A stretch of 64,000 nt of DNA from Antedon mediterranea (lineage: Eukaryota; Animalia; Echinodermata): positions 12,262,795-12,326,794 of the forward strand of contig NC_092670.1 of assembly GCF_964355755.1 (NCBI RefSeq), in the 5' to 3' direction. The position numbers and the translations under genes were made by a program. Shown one piece after another: positions 14,162 through 26,400 of the stretch. The notes beneath the pieces were generated by a model. That model was not told the DNA's origin, did not search any database, and saw only the letters and a list, made by a program, of their open reading frames with translations. Positions within the stretch are counted from its first letter, which is position 1, and each line of letters begins with the position of its first letter.

Positions 14162-14580
14162 AAATGTACATCGAATTGTAAATAGAGATGATGAAGGAGA
14201 ATTAATAAGAAATAAAGAAGATATTGTTCGTGAACCACATTTAGATGTACAAAGTAATAGTGATGCAGACCAGTCTAAAGCAGAAACAATAAGACGATCT
14301 AAACGAATCAAAGATAAAGAAGACAAACAGTCAACAGTGCTATCTTAGCAGAATTTAGCAAAACACAGTTTTTGTTTGCACAAATGTTAGCCGGACAATT
14401 TAATAACAGTTCGACGAAATATTCTACAAATAGTCATGTTGCCGAGGACGACAACGGACAAAGCTGGGGAGAATGTAACAGCTGGATTGAATTTGATTAT
14501 CTATACATATTTTGCTTAATGTTTTTGCTTATTTTTTTGTTTTTGTTGTCAGGGACAACAACGGATAAAGATGGGGAGTA

Positions 14581-15271
14581 TGTAAGGTACGGGTTTTACC
14601 CGTCTCCTCGTAGTACATTGTATATATCAGCGTGCAGCCCTGTGGTACTTCGCAGTAATAAGTAGTTCTTATTTATGATTATCAATTCTATTATGAAATC
14701 TATGTTTACTTCATTGATGATAGAGTTTTATGTTTACATGATGAATAATGTATTTGTACAGTAGTTATTATCTAAGTTATGACGATATGATAGAACAAGG
14801 TATAATATTGTGCGGATGATTACACCGCAGGTAATTTGTAATTAGGACTAGCGCATTACTACTGCGCGTACAGTCAGAACGAATCAAGAAGTCAAAAGGT
14901 CAAACACCTCGTGTTTCTCCATGTTAAAGTTTTACCTGTATTGCCTATAAAATAAGAGGCAAGGCCAACGGTCACGCTAGTTACAGTATTGTGTGTTAAA
15001 GGATACCGTGTTGTGTTGCTTTGTAATACAAGCCAATGGTTTCTTATAAAGTTAATTATGACATGATGTAGTCAAGGACTAACGATGATAAGTTTGTATT
15101 TTTATATTATATTTTCTAGCTTGGCATACCGGCATTACTTGTCAAGTTGGGGGTGTTTAGTTTTTATAAGTTTTGTGGTTTTATTGCGATACTAGTTCCT
15201 ATTCGATCTGAATAAATTTGTCATCGAAGATTACATCGTCTCTTTGGCTATTATTCTTCCTGTACTTTACA
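14581..15271 (+). repeat. 3' LTR of Gypsy element
   Basis: TGTAAGG...CTTTACA, preceded by purine tract AAAGATGGGGAG and followed by TSD ATAA. Confidence 0.95.
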
Positions 15272-16629
15272 ATAATATGGATTAACAATATATAAAACAT
15301 TGTAAATTATAGATTATTCTTTTATATATTTAAATAAAAGTAATTCTTTAAGTTGTTTAGAGACAAAACATTGAAAGGCAACACGATATAGAAGATTTCA
15401 GTTTGGACTCAGATCTCCCAAAAGATTAAGAAATTCATAACGAAACATGACAATAACATTGTCTTGTTATTAGATGGGTTAGATGAATTACGGTTTAATA
15501 ATCAAAGCTTAATTAGTCTCTTCAGAAAGAAGAACTTAAATAAATGTACTGTAGTACTTACTTCACGACTAGAAAACATAGATGAATTTATAGAGTCTGA
15601 TGTACATGTAAGAGTTAAGGGATTTAATAAAGACAGCGTAAGAAATTATATTGACGGACACTTCCGGTATTTTGGAAAACCACATTTAGGAGAATCTCTT
15701 AAAGATGAATTAGATACAAAAAAACATCCAGAAGCATATTCAATGTGCAAAAATCCAATGCTACTTCTTTCAATGTGTGTACTGTGGGAAGACAATCAAA
15801 GTTTTCCTGAAAATAAGGCTGAACTTTTTAAAGAAATATTTCGTAGCATTTTAAATCAGTTTAATAAACAAGGGAACGTTCAAAAGATTTCTAAATTAGA
15901 AGAAACTCCAGTCGAGTATGTAAATTCTATGATTTTGTTAGGAAAATGTATGTATAAAAGCTTAAAGGCAAATCAACTTTCAATTAGCAATGACTAATAT
16001 ACATTCGAACAAAGATTTGGTTGACATGGCCCTAAAACTTGGATTTTTTTACGAAGAACCACCAAATTCAAAATAGTATAATAAATGTGTTTATGTGAAA
16101 AACATGAGATGCTGTATCACAGAAATGTTTCAGTCATTTTCATCTTGTTTTGTCTCCAAATTTTGCTTTAATTTCTATGGTATTATAAAGTGTGCTATTA
16201 CCATTCAATGTTCACTATAACATACTGTATATATATACTGTACTGTATAATATAATTCTATTTATAAGTTTTATATATTATTTGCTTAATATTTCTATTC
16301 TAAAATGTTTAATTTTTAAAAGTGTTATATCATATAAAATACATAACATTTCCAAGGTTTACAGTGGAAAAAAAATAATGTGTCTCTAAAAATATATAAT
16401 ATTTCACTATTGACAACTTTCTTCATATGCTTATTAGTAGAAATATTCTTATGTAGAAATATTAAAAATATTTAAGAAAAATATATACAACTGTGTCTCT
16501 ATAGATCAATTTCATGTATTGACAACTTTCATAATATACTTATGTAGAAATATTCCTAATAAAAAAAAATATGTAAAACTTTGTCTCTAAATATATATCA
16601 ATTTCACGTATTGACAACTTTCATAATTA

Positions 16630-17405
16630 ATTGTCAATCTCAATATGTCACGCAATGGATGCGAATTACACGGTATAAAACTAAACAACCTTAGTTTACG
16701 CGGATGATATGGTACTTTTTGCACCATCTGCCTCCGCCTTACAACATCTAATTCTTATGTGTGAAAAATACTCAATTAACGCATGATATATTGTATAACA
16801 AGAAAAAATCTGTATGTATGTTATTCTGTCCTACAGTCAGGAAATTGTCAGAGCTTCCCACTTTAAACTTATTTGAGTCGGAACTTGACTTTGTTAGAGT
16901 TTTTAATTACTTGGGTCACACTTTGACACCCGATTTGAAAGAAAGTGTTTTTTGTTTAAAACATATTGTAATAACTTATACTGTGCTTCTCTGTGGGCAA
17001 ATGTTAATGTAAAATCTATGGAAGCACTAAAGGTGTGCTTCAACAATGCCTTACGCCTGCTCCTTAATAAACCTAGGTCATGCAGTGCCAGCACCATGTT
17101 TGTAGAAAACCACATCTGCTCGTTCTACGAACTACAACGTAAGGTGGTGTTTGGCATGTTGTGCAGGTTGGGAAGGACAGGCAATATTGTCACAAAATGT
17201 ATTTATGAATTTGCTTTTCCTTCATCCAATCTACATGATAGATGTATGAAGCTATTGTTCTAACCACGTGACTATGTGGCATAGGTTTTTTATTTTTTTT
17301 TATATTTCTATATTATATATTTTTGTTATATTTATAATTATGTACACTAATTTGTTATTGAGCTATGGAGAATTTTTTTTTTCCGAAATAAAAGATGAAT
17401 GAATA
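16630..17405 (+). mobile_element. 5'-truncated, decayed non-LTR retrotransposon (RTE-X-like RT C-terminus)
   Basis: YADDMVLFAPSASALQHLI, HDILYNKKKSVCM, FNYLGH, FKTYC..LYCASLW; AATAAA and (TGAA)-type tail. Clade assignment is tentative. Confidence 0.75.
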
Positions 17406-17448
17406 ATAATGCTTAAGTAGAAATATTCTTAAGTAGAAATATGCTTAA

Positions 17449-19664
17449 TGTAATATATTCATATTAGCAATTTAACGACTGGATTGGAGACTAATAAAGG
17501 AGTTCTACAATATGGCTGATCACATTAGCACATGGTCTGATTTCTTAGTGAAATACTTAGTGTTATCATTCATTCCCAGAGCACAATATATAACATTGGC
17601 GACGAGAATTGTGGATAAGTGAACTCCGTGAATATTATCAGTAAGCAATAATGTCTAAATTTGACATATCGGTGGAGTATTTTGATCCAACCATACAAGA
17701 ATGGGCGAGATGGATCGCCAGGTTTGATAACTACTAGTGGCAGCGAACGTGACTGCTGACGTAAGGAAGAGAGCACTACTGCTACACTTCATTGGCCCAG
17801 GTAACTTTAACACATTTGAAATGCTACCAAATAAAGGTACGACATACGTACAGGCAAAAGAAGCTTTGAAAAATTACTTCTTACCATCATCGAACAGTGA
17901 ATTTGAAAGATCGAAATTTAGAAAGTTACAGCAAAATAAAGGTGAGAGCATTGACGTGTATCACATTAGACTACGTGAACAAGCTGATAAGTGTGATTTC
18001 CATGATATTAGTGGAGAGATTAAATCACATATTATTCAATCGACAACAGATTCTAAGCTAAGAAAATTTGGTTTGAAAACGGGTGGATGTACATTAGATG
18101 AGTTACTTCTACATGGTAGGACAAATGAACTAACAACTAAACAATCTAATGAAATGGAGAACGGTGATAATACTAGTAGTAGTATGCCTAGTCGTAGTGG
18201 CGAGACTAAGGCAGATCATTCAGTTAATAAAATAACACAAGCGAAGCAATGTAATAAGTGTGGTTCTACACCAGGTCATACCGCTTCACAGTGTCCAGCT
18301 AGCAATAGAATATGCTATCGTTGTTCAAGAGTAGGACATTACGCAACACAGTGTTATTCAAAGAGTACACACAAGGGAAATTCTTCATGTGGTAGAAACA
18401 ACCAGCGATATAACGACCAAAGTTCACGCGGTGGTAATAGAAGACGCGGTAATCAAACAGGAAGTATACGAGCGCGAGCTAGACGTGTCAATCAAACAGA
18501 ACGAGGGTTCTCAGATGATAGCGACAGTGATCATTCAATGTTTGTATTAAGTAATAATAAGATAGATAGAAGTCATTTCAAAACTATTTTAAACGTAAAT
18601 GATGTTAATCTTGAAATGCTAATTGATACTCAAGCTGATGATACTATAATGTCTATTGATACCTACAGTACAACAAATATTTTAGTCATATAAAAATTGA
18701 CCCAGATGTTATTGATTCCTCTTAAAACATACAGTGGTGAGAAACTTAAGTTAATTGGAAAAATTAAGTGTAAAGTTGTTGACAAACAAAATGTCATACA
18801 CTATCTGAGTGCTAACGTAGCTGACTATAAAGCTAAACTGACTTTACTTGGTGTAGATTGGCTTAATGTGGTTAAACTAGACTGGTCAAAAATAACCCAA
18901 AACTTAAATTCCAGAAATGTAAATAGTCTGCAAAAAGATAAAGGTGTAAATTTGAGATAATTCTCAGTTACAGGCATTGTTAAAAGAACATGCACAATTG
19001 TTTGAGTCTGATAAGAAAGGTATTACAGGAGAAAAAGTTCATATTAACATGAAACAAAATGTTCAACCCATATATTGTAAAGCTAGATTTGTACCATATG
19101 CAATGAAATCTAAAGTAGAAAGAGAGTTGGTTAAATTAGAAAATGAACATGTACAAACGAAAGTAGAAAAATCAAATTGGGCATCACCTATAGTAGTGGT
19201 TCCTAAATCCGACGGTACTGTTAGAATTTGTGGGGACTATAGTGTTACCATAAACCAACATGTAACAGATGAAGAATACAGCTTACCCAGTGCTGATGAT
19301 TTGTACTCTGAACTTTCAGGAAAACGTGTAATTACAAAGCTTGACTTATCACATGCGTACACACAGTTGAATATTGACGGAGAGAGTAAAGAGTTTGTAA
19401 CTATAAACACACACAAAGGTCTATATACGTTTAACAAACTGCCGTATGGAATTAAACCTGCATCAAAGCTGTTCCAAAAACAAATGGATAAGATGTTAAC
19501 AGGGATTGAATGTTGCTTATGCAATCAAGATGATGTTTTGATCCATACGAAAACCGAAAACTAATAAAGGAGTTCTACAATATGGCTAAACATTAGCACA
19601 TGGTCTGATTTCTTAGTGAAATACTTAAGTATTATCATTCATTCCCAGAGCACAATATATAACA
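17449..19664 (+). mobile_element. Mag-like Gypsy LTR retrotransposon, deletion derivative
   Basis: 147-bp 5' LTR (17449-17595), PBS TGGCGACGAG (tRNA-Ser), 5-bp TSD CTTAA. Gag has two knuckles (CNKC..GH..QC, CYRCSRVGHYATQC); protease LIDTQA; RT WASPIVVVPKSDGTVRICGDY/LDLSHAY/LPYG/NQDD is fused directly to a partial 3' LTR (19560-19664). Confidence 0.92.
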
Positions 19665-20490
19665 CTTAACAGTATTTTACATTGGCCAATATTATTTTTT
19701 TTGCAATTTGAAGTATTTTTCTTAGTTTTATTGTCTTAATTATGGTATGATAAAATGTCTTGAATCTTAAGTAGAAATATGCTTAAATACATGAAAAAGG
19801 CATAGGATACCAACAACTTTCAATACAATGAATAAATCAATAGTTGAGCTATCTTTTGGTTTTTTTGCTGACAATGCCTTTCATACCGATATTACCTATG
19901 GAGAGCAACTAGCACCATTTTAATTTGTTTTAAAATAAAGTATAGTAGACCTATTGCACAATAAGGAATCTTTCAACGAATGAAAAATAATCTGTCCATT
20001 GAATGAATACAAAACACTTGATAATGCACTTTACATTAAGATATAATGAACAGAAACCTCCGCTTCCATCTTGAATAGACTAGGCCACAACAAAAAGCTG
20101 TAGGCAAGAAGAAGAATAATTGCCAGCATAATCTTACATTTATCAACTTATTGAACAACACAAATCTAAGTGCTGTGGCCGTATTCACCATTCACACTTA
20201 GCTAACGGAAACACTTATCTTTAAAAATAAGAAAAATCTCCTATTTAAGTGAATACAATTTTATTTAGGGAAATACTTAAATGTGTATTAAGTTATGTGA
20301 AATACTTAATATTTAAGTGGAATATCTCGCTTAAGTGTGAATATGGCCTCTGGCTTTTGAAAAGAACCATTGAATATTTACTATACCATTGAATATAATA
20401 AATAATAAAATGCTATTTGGTACAAAATCAACCAATCAAATATCAACAATATACAGTACCTGAGTGTGTTATCTAATAACAAAATTGTTC

Positions 20491-23400
20491 TTATAAAACA
20501 TCACATTTACTATTAGAGTTATTTAAATTCTTCTCTTTGTTTTGCTCAGGTCTGACAGTAATTTTGGTTTTGCTAGTGGTTTCTTCTTCTTTTACATTCT
20601 TGTTCTTAATTGAATCTTTAGGTAGTATTATGGTAAACAGTAGCTGACAAAATAAAACAATCAAACTAAAAATATTATGCATTTTAAAAAAAAACCACAA
20701 TATTGCACGGTACAAAGGATAGCCTATAAAATCCTCAAAAGGAATTTACATCCCGAGACGAAACTAAAGTAAAATAATGTATATGCACATATATATATTT
20801 GTACCTTTGAGAGATCAGGGTCATTGACCTCAGATTGCCCTTTGACTTCTGAATGTGAAATTCTGCAGAAAAAAAACATATTTCAAAACTTTTTCTTGTA
20901 TTACAAATTAACATAAATAAAATTAATAATCATTGGACTTCAACCAACACACGCGTATAAATGTATAAAGTTAAAGATATATTGTTCACTAAAACATAAA
21001 AAGAGAAGATTAATTAAAATCAGACTTTGAATAGGTTATTTTGTAGTTTTAATAAAGTTAATCACTTCCATTGGAAAAAAAACGTTTTAACTTATAAAAT
21101 AAATAAATATATGGTTAAATTCAACCAACAACCAATTTGTCTATTTCTTTGATTTGAGTATAATCAAATTTTTGGTCAAAGTGGATAACAATTAGGTGAA
21201 ATTAAAATGGCATATTTAACGAAACATTTTGAGAAGTATTTTTTCAGGAAGACATTACATCTTCAAAGATACAATAGGCCTAGAGTATACTCATACCTTT
21301 GAGAGATCAGGTTAACCTTGGATTGCTCTTTGACATCTGCTTGAAATCGTGCAATGTTTCCAAGAACAGACCTGGGGCATTTGGAGTCAAGTGTAGTTCT
21401 AAAAGACACAAGAACATATTATAAAATAGAGAAGAAATAAATTAAGAGGGAAAAATATGTGTATCCACAAGAAAAGCTAAATATTAAAAATTACCTTTCA
21501 TTCCTAATGTCATTGAGTAAATCTCCTGCTGCAATCGCCAGACTTATGGCTGCTTCAACCGACACACGCAAGTAAAGATCCATTGATTTTCTTGTCAAAC
21601 GAATCTGTCTGTGTGTTTCTGCCCCATCCCTAAATAAATAAAATGAATTGAAGATACTAAAGCTCTGTTTACACTATCAAAGTTTATGTGATGTGCTCAT
21701 ATGGACATGATATACAGTATCACTACCATAATTTTGGCATATCACTACCATATTTTGGCACATCACATTGAAACTAGTTTGATAGTGTAGACAGAGCTTT
21801 AAGCATTCTTTTGTCATTTCTTTTGATATACTGTACATAAAAGGTCTCATTTTTATAGTGATTTTAGTACAAATACAAAGTCAGGATTTGAACTAATTAT
21901 TCTATGGTTGATAAGCAAACATTATAATCACCTAATTACTGTGCCACTCATAAAACTCATGAGCTGCAACAAACTAAAACCAGAGCATACAATGTTCTAA
22001 TGGTATATTTAAATGTATAGCAACTCTTTCCATTCTTGAAAGACAAGCCATGCAACAGATCACTAAGTACAACAGAGATCAAATTGATACACCTCCATGT
22101 CAAGCATAACATTCCCAAGGCACAGTCGAAGAAAAGATTGAATCATTATATTAATCATAAAAAGGTAATTTTTAGAATATGTAATTGCTGTGAGTCTTAC
22201 TTTTCAATCTTCTTAATGATTTCTTTCCATATCTCATCTTCAAGGCAAAACCGATATGGAATTAAGTGCAAGTAAGAAGGAAGTCTTGGCAACATGTGTA
22301 GCTGGATAGCAAAGAGTATCGGTTGAGGACTGAAGCGATGTCTGCAAAGAGCGATATTCAGCTCTTCCATGTGAGGAGGAGATTCTGTGTAGCTTGGAGA
22401 AACAAATGCCACAATCTTTGATGCACTTTCAAGAATTGATCGCTTTTCTTGATCAGAGCAATCACTCGATGCTACTTTGAGATGTGGAGAGAACTCTTTG
22501 ATCATGTCGATGAAGTATGAGGCAAACTTCAAATCAGATTGAGTGCAGCTTACTGCAATGTCATACCTAACATTATCTAACTCTTTGACAGCATCTTCTT
22601 CTTCTTTATCTATCTGTACTGTCTCCTCAAGCTTCAACAACTCTGGTCTCTTTTCATCAGTTCTCTCAATGACATTTTCTATCTTCCTATTTTCTTCTTT
22701 TACATCATTTGTAATTTCAGATAAATTATTATCCCTTTTTTCAAGATCAAATAATTCATTTTTATCAATCTGCACATTCTCCATTTCCCCTTCCAATAAC
22801 TCTGGTCTTTTTCCATCAGTTTCTTTCTTACTTCCATTTTCTTCTTTCATACCTTCTGTAACTACATTCTTGTCCAACTGCAGACCTACATTCTCCTCTT
22901 TCTCATCCAATAACTCTTGTCCTTTTCCATCAGCTTCCTTCAGATCATTTTCTTTTTTTCTTCCCTTTTCTTCTTTTTTGTCTTCTGCAATTATGCTTTT
23001 ATCTGCCAATAATTTTCCCTTAACATCTTTTTCCATCTTTCTTTCTTTTTCTTTCTCACCATCACCTTCAATTTCTTCAACCTTTGCTAACCCTACTTTC
23101 TCTTCTTCTTTCAGGTAAAAACTCTCAAGATCCCATGGAAATACCTTCTTATACCACCTATCATTCAAATTATATCGGGCACAAAGACATGTTCTTCTGA
23201 GTTTTTCTTGACTTTTAAGGATATCTGGAGACTCTTTTGGCTAGAAATATTAAGAATCAAGAATTAATATGGACTTCTCTTTTTCATAATACACATGATC
23301 AAATCCAATGCATTATTTATTATATGCTTGATATGACAAAAGTAAATTGTATTTATTTTAAACAAACTGTACAGTGAACAATGTAAAATTCACTAAATAC

Positions 23401-26400
23401 TGGAAGCTCTATAAGAAAAAATCTCAGAAAATCCAAAATGCGTTTTTTTTTTACTCAATTCAAAGTGGGAAGATATTTAAACAGCCAAGATAAGCCTACA
23501 CTTTTTTTATCATATATCTAAAAATGACTAAACATTTTGTTTACTTTAGTAAATAGATTCTGCATCTTAGATTTTTGTCCTCTGAGATGTTGGAAGATTG
23601 CTGTGCAGGTTGCTTGAATGGCTGGTGTGAATAACTCTCCAGTTGCCTTCACGAGTTGGATCTGTTTGAACTCAAGAGGAAGGTCATCCAGATCATCATC
23701 CACTAGAAACGGTACCATGATCAATTGATCACTCTGTTACAAGAGAAAGAGAACATGTGGCAGCATAAACAAGTTGTAGTGTATGTCAATTGGTCTATCC
23801 ATCATAATCAATCATCAGTTCAATTTCTAGTAAAAATCTCCAAATATGTCTCACCTTTTGACAATGTTTACTCAAGGAGAGATTGAACTCTTCCTGGCAA
23901 ACAGGAGACAGCAAGTATTCTTTAGTTACAACAGCAATGAAGCACTTTGTACCATCAATGGCATGGTACAGCATCTGCTGCCAAGTGGCACCTGAGAGAT
24001 CAAGAAAAATGTTGATGAAGTTGATAATCAATAAAAAATGTCAATACAATGTTACTTTTCTCTGCTTTCTAAGCAGCAAGTTATAGTGCAATTTCTTCAA
24101 TAGGGAGATTCAAATTTTGTTAGGTCAGGTCAATTGATGCGTCTCTGGAGGTAGTCTGGACCTAGAAACAATTAAACTTGTCTTGAGGTGGGGACAGATA
24201 TTCAATATCTCTGTATGCACAGTCGATTAACATGATGGTTGGTTGTTGGTCTTCACAAATCCCAAGCTCTTTATTATCTTAGCATCAACCTTACATCACA
24301 GTACAATAAGGAGCTTTCAATTCAACGACCAAAGACCTAGGAACTACAGTAGTTGCATCATGTTACAGTAATTCATTGTGTGCATGCAGAGGGGACATTG
24401 TGATCTGCTTCCTCACTCGATTGCTAGATTTTGGCCAATTTGTAGGTAGAGTAGTAGGTCTTTACTGTAGGCTCAAGGGTAATGAACCAAATGTTCCCTA
24501 TGAATTAGGAATAAGATGTTTGATTGTAATTTTATTTACTACAGTACACAATGCCATAAACATTTGATGAAATATGGTTCAGTAATATTAGTTTTCTGGG
24601 ACATACCTGTTTTTAGTTCTTCTGTATCAAAAAACACCTTTAAATTAGCATCAAGGGCTTTGACACATTTGATGACCTCTGCAGCCCTATCTGCATTACG
24701 ATGACTGTATGAGATGAACACATCATACGCAAGCTTTGGTTGTTCGTACATGACCTCAGCATGAACTTTGACATCAAGGGTCGCAATGAGTTGTACACAG
24801 GCTGCTGAAATCTTCTCGGTATCTTTAACGCTTAAAAAAACGAACAAAATTAATCATGCTAAAACTGAATAAACAAAGGAGACCTCATACTTCTTATGTA
24901 GTAATTAAAATAAATACATGGATAAACTGATGAGTTATGTTTGCACAGCAAAACACACCTCAAATGTAAATGGAACAATCCATTTTTGAGTGTGTATAAT
25001 TAAAGTTCAATAAAATATTTGTAATTATGTTCTATTATTTGGTATGCTCAAGTATATGAATAAGGTCAAAATATTTAGCTAACTTATAATCTACATAAAA
25101 GCATTGGAATTACAGAACTTACAGACAATCAACATATTGTACAAGTCCCATATAAGTTGGCATGTCAGTAATAGGCTCTGCATAAAATGGCGCCAGCATA
25201 TCACGCTGAGCGGTTCGATTACAACAGAGAGCCATGTTATACTGTTCCATACAGGAAACGCTTTGAAGGTAATGGGGAGTAAGAACTGAAAGTAAAAGAA
25301 TTTGATTGTCAATAATTCTGTTTGATTGGGGATGGTTTAATATGAAACACTTACTCCCTCTGGCTGGAGTGAAACTTATAAGTACAGTAGTAGCCTATGG
25401 TGTATGATTCATAGTTTTGCCAATGTTAAATAAATGTAGGAGTAAATGATAGAGTTTAAATATCCTTACATACAAATGGAGGATATTAATTTTATTAATA
25501 TATCAAAGAAAAATTCTTTCAATAAGTTATTAAGCTGAAAAATTGAGATTTAGATGATTGTACCATTCACTACAGTGGCAATATTTTACTCCAGGGGGTA
25601 ATTGGAACATAAATCAGATGTCAGAATGTCATTCTATGACAAGACACCGACCAATAAATAATCCTACCTGTGATGACCCTGGCACACCTGATCATGACTT
25701 CATACATGTCTTTCTGCCACACCTCCTCTTTGTTTACCTCATGTTGACTGCCAAAGATACGAATGTCAGGCTTAGCTAACCGTAGTTTATCTTTAATAAC
25801 AGTTGCAATATTTTCATCTTCTTTTGAGGTAGAAAGGTACACATCATACTCAATTGGAACATTCTGGAATGTAATTTAATATACTGTGTTGTGATAGTAT
25901 TGGTTACTACCCCGATTTGTAAATTACTTTCTTTGCAAACATGCAAGTGTTCATTCATTTTAAGTATACAATATTGTCTTAAAAACTAAAACTACTTATT
26001 ATATTAAAAACAACTATAAACATTAATAAAACAATGTAAGTGCCCTTCAGATAGGTCGATGAGCTGTTAGTTGCATATCTGCACAATAAGAACACATTAC
26101 ACTATTTAGAAAGAACCAACTCAATGTAGCTGTGAAATACAGTACATTGCCATGATCACTAAATAATCAAATTAAAAAGCATAGCAAAGTGTATTATTTT
26201 TTTAATATGCTGCGATTCAGGTGATTTCAAAAGAATAAATACAGAAAAGAGTTTCTTTTATGGTTGTAAAATGTCATTTTGATTGATGACTCAGGTTTAA
26301 CCCTTTCACTGCGGAGCATTATTCCCATCTCTGTGCGTAATGTATATTTAAGAAAAACATATGGTATTTTAATAAATTGCAAAAAAATACTAATTGAGAT

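Larger units (their letters stand above)
7985..15271 (+). mobile_element. Ty3/Gypsy LTR retrotransposon, defective (RT deleted)
   Basis: TG...CA LTRs at 7985-8671 and 14581-15271 differ at only a handful of sites. TSD ATAA, PBS 8674-8691, PPT ~14566-14579. Contains gag with CFICGEPGH knuckle, partial protease, RNase H (VDASNKGLGAVL...VFTDNNPL), and integrase (HDDLGH..CDKCPRC, AIDF, LHSD|GRNFE, PYHPQG, CERFNRT). Confidence 0.95.
7749..16075 (+). pseudogene. NACHT (NLR-type STAND NTPase) gene fragment, locally duplicated and interrupted by a Gypsy element
   Basis: Walker-B IVLLLDGLDEL at 7940-7975 and again at 15458-15490, followed by VVLTSR, VKGF and CKNPMLLLSMC.LW (ORF 15464-15997). Walker A is not found; frameshifts and stops are present. 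Confidence 0.85.

Noticed and set aside
13898-14348. Cys-rich or acidic repeat ORFs as an independent gene or env
   Set aside because: 30-bp repeat within the Gypsy pol tail; no signal peptide or TM; the antisense ORFs are shadows
22543-23118. 191-aa Ser/Phe-rich plus-strand ORF
   Set aside because: Antisense shadow of the E/K-rich TIR-gene exon
22197-25863. TLR, MyD88 or SARM1 ortholog
   Set aside because: No LRR, TM, death, ARM or SAM motifs in the reconstructed protein
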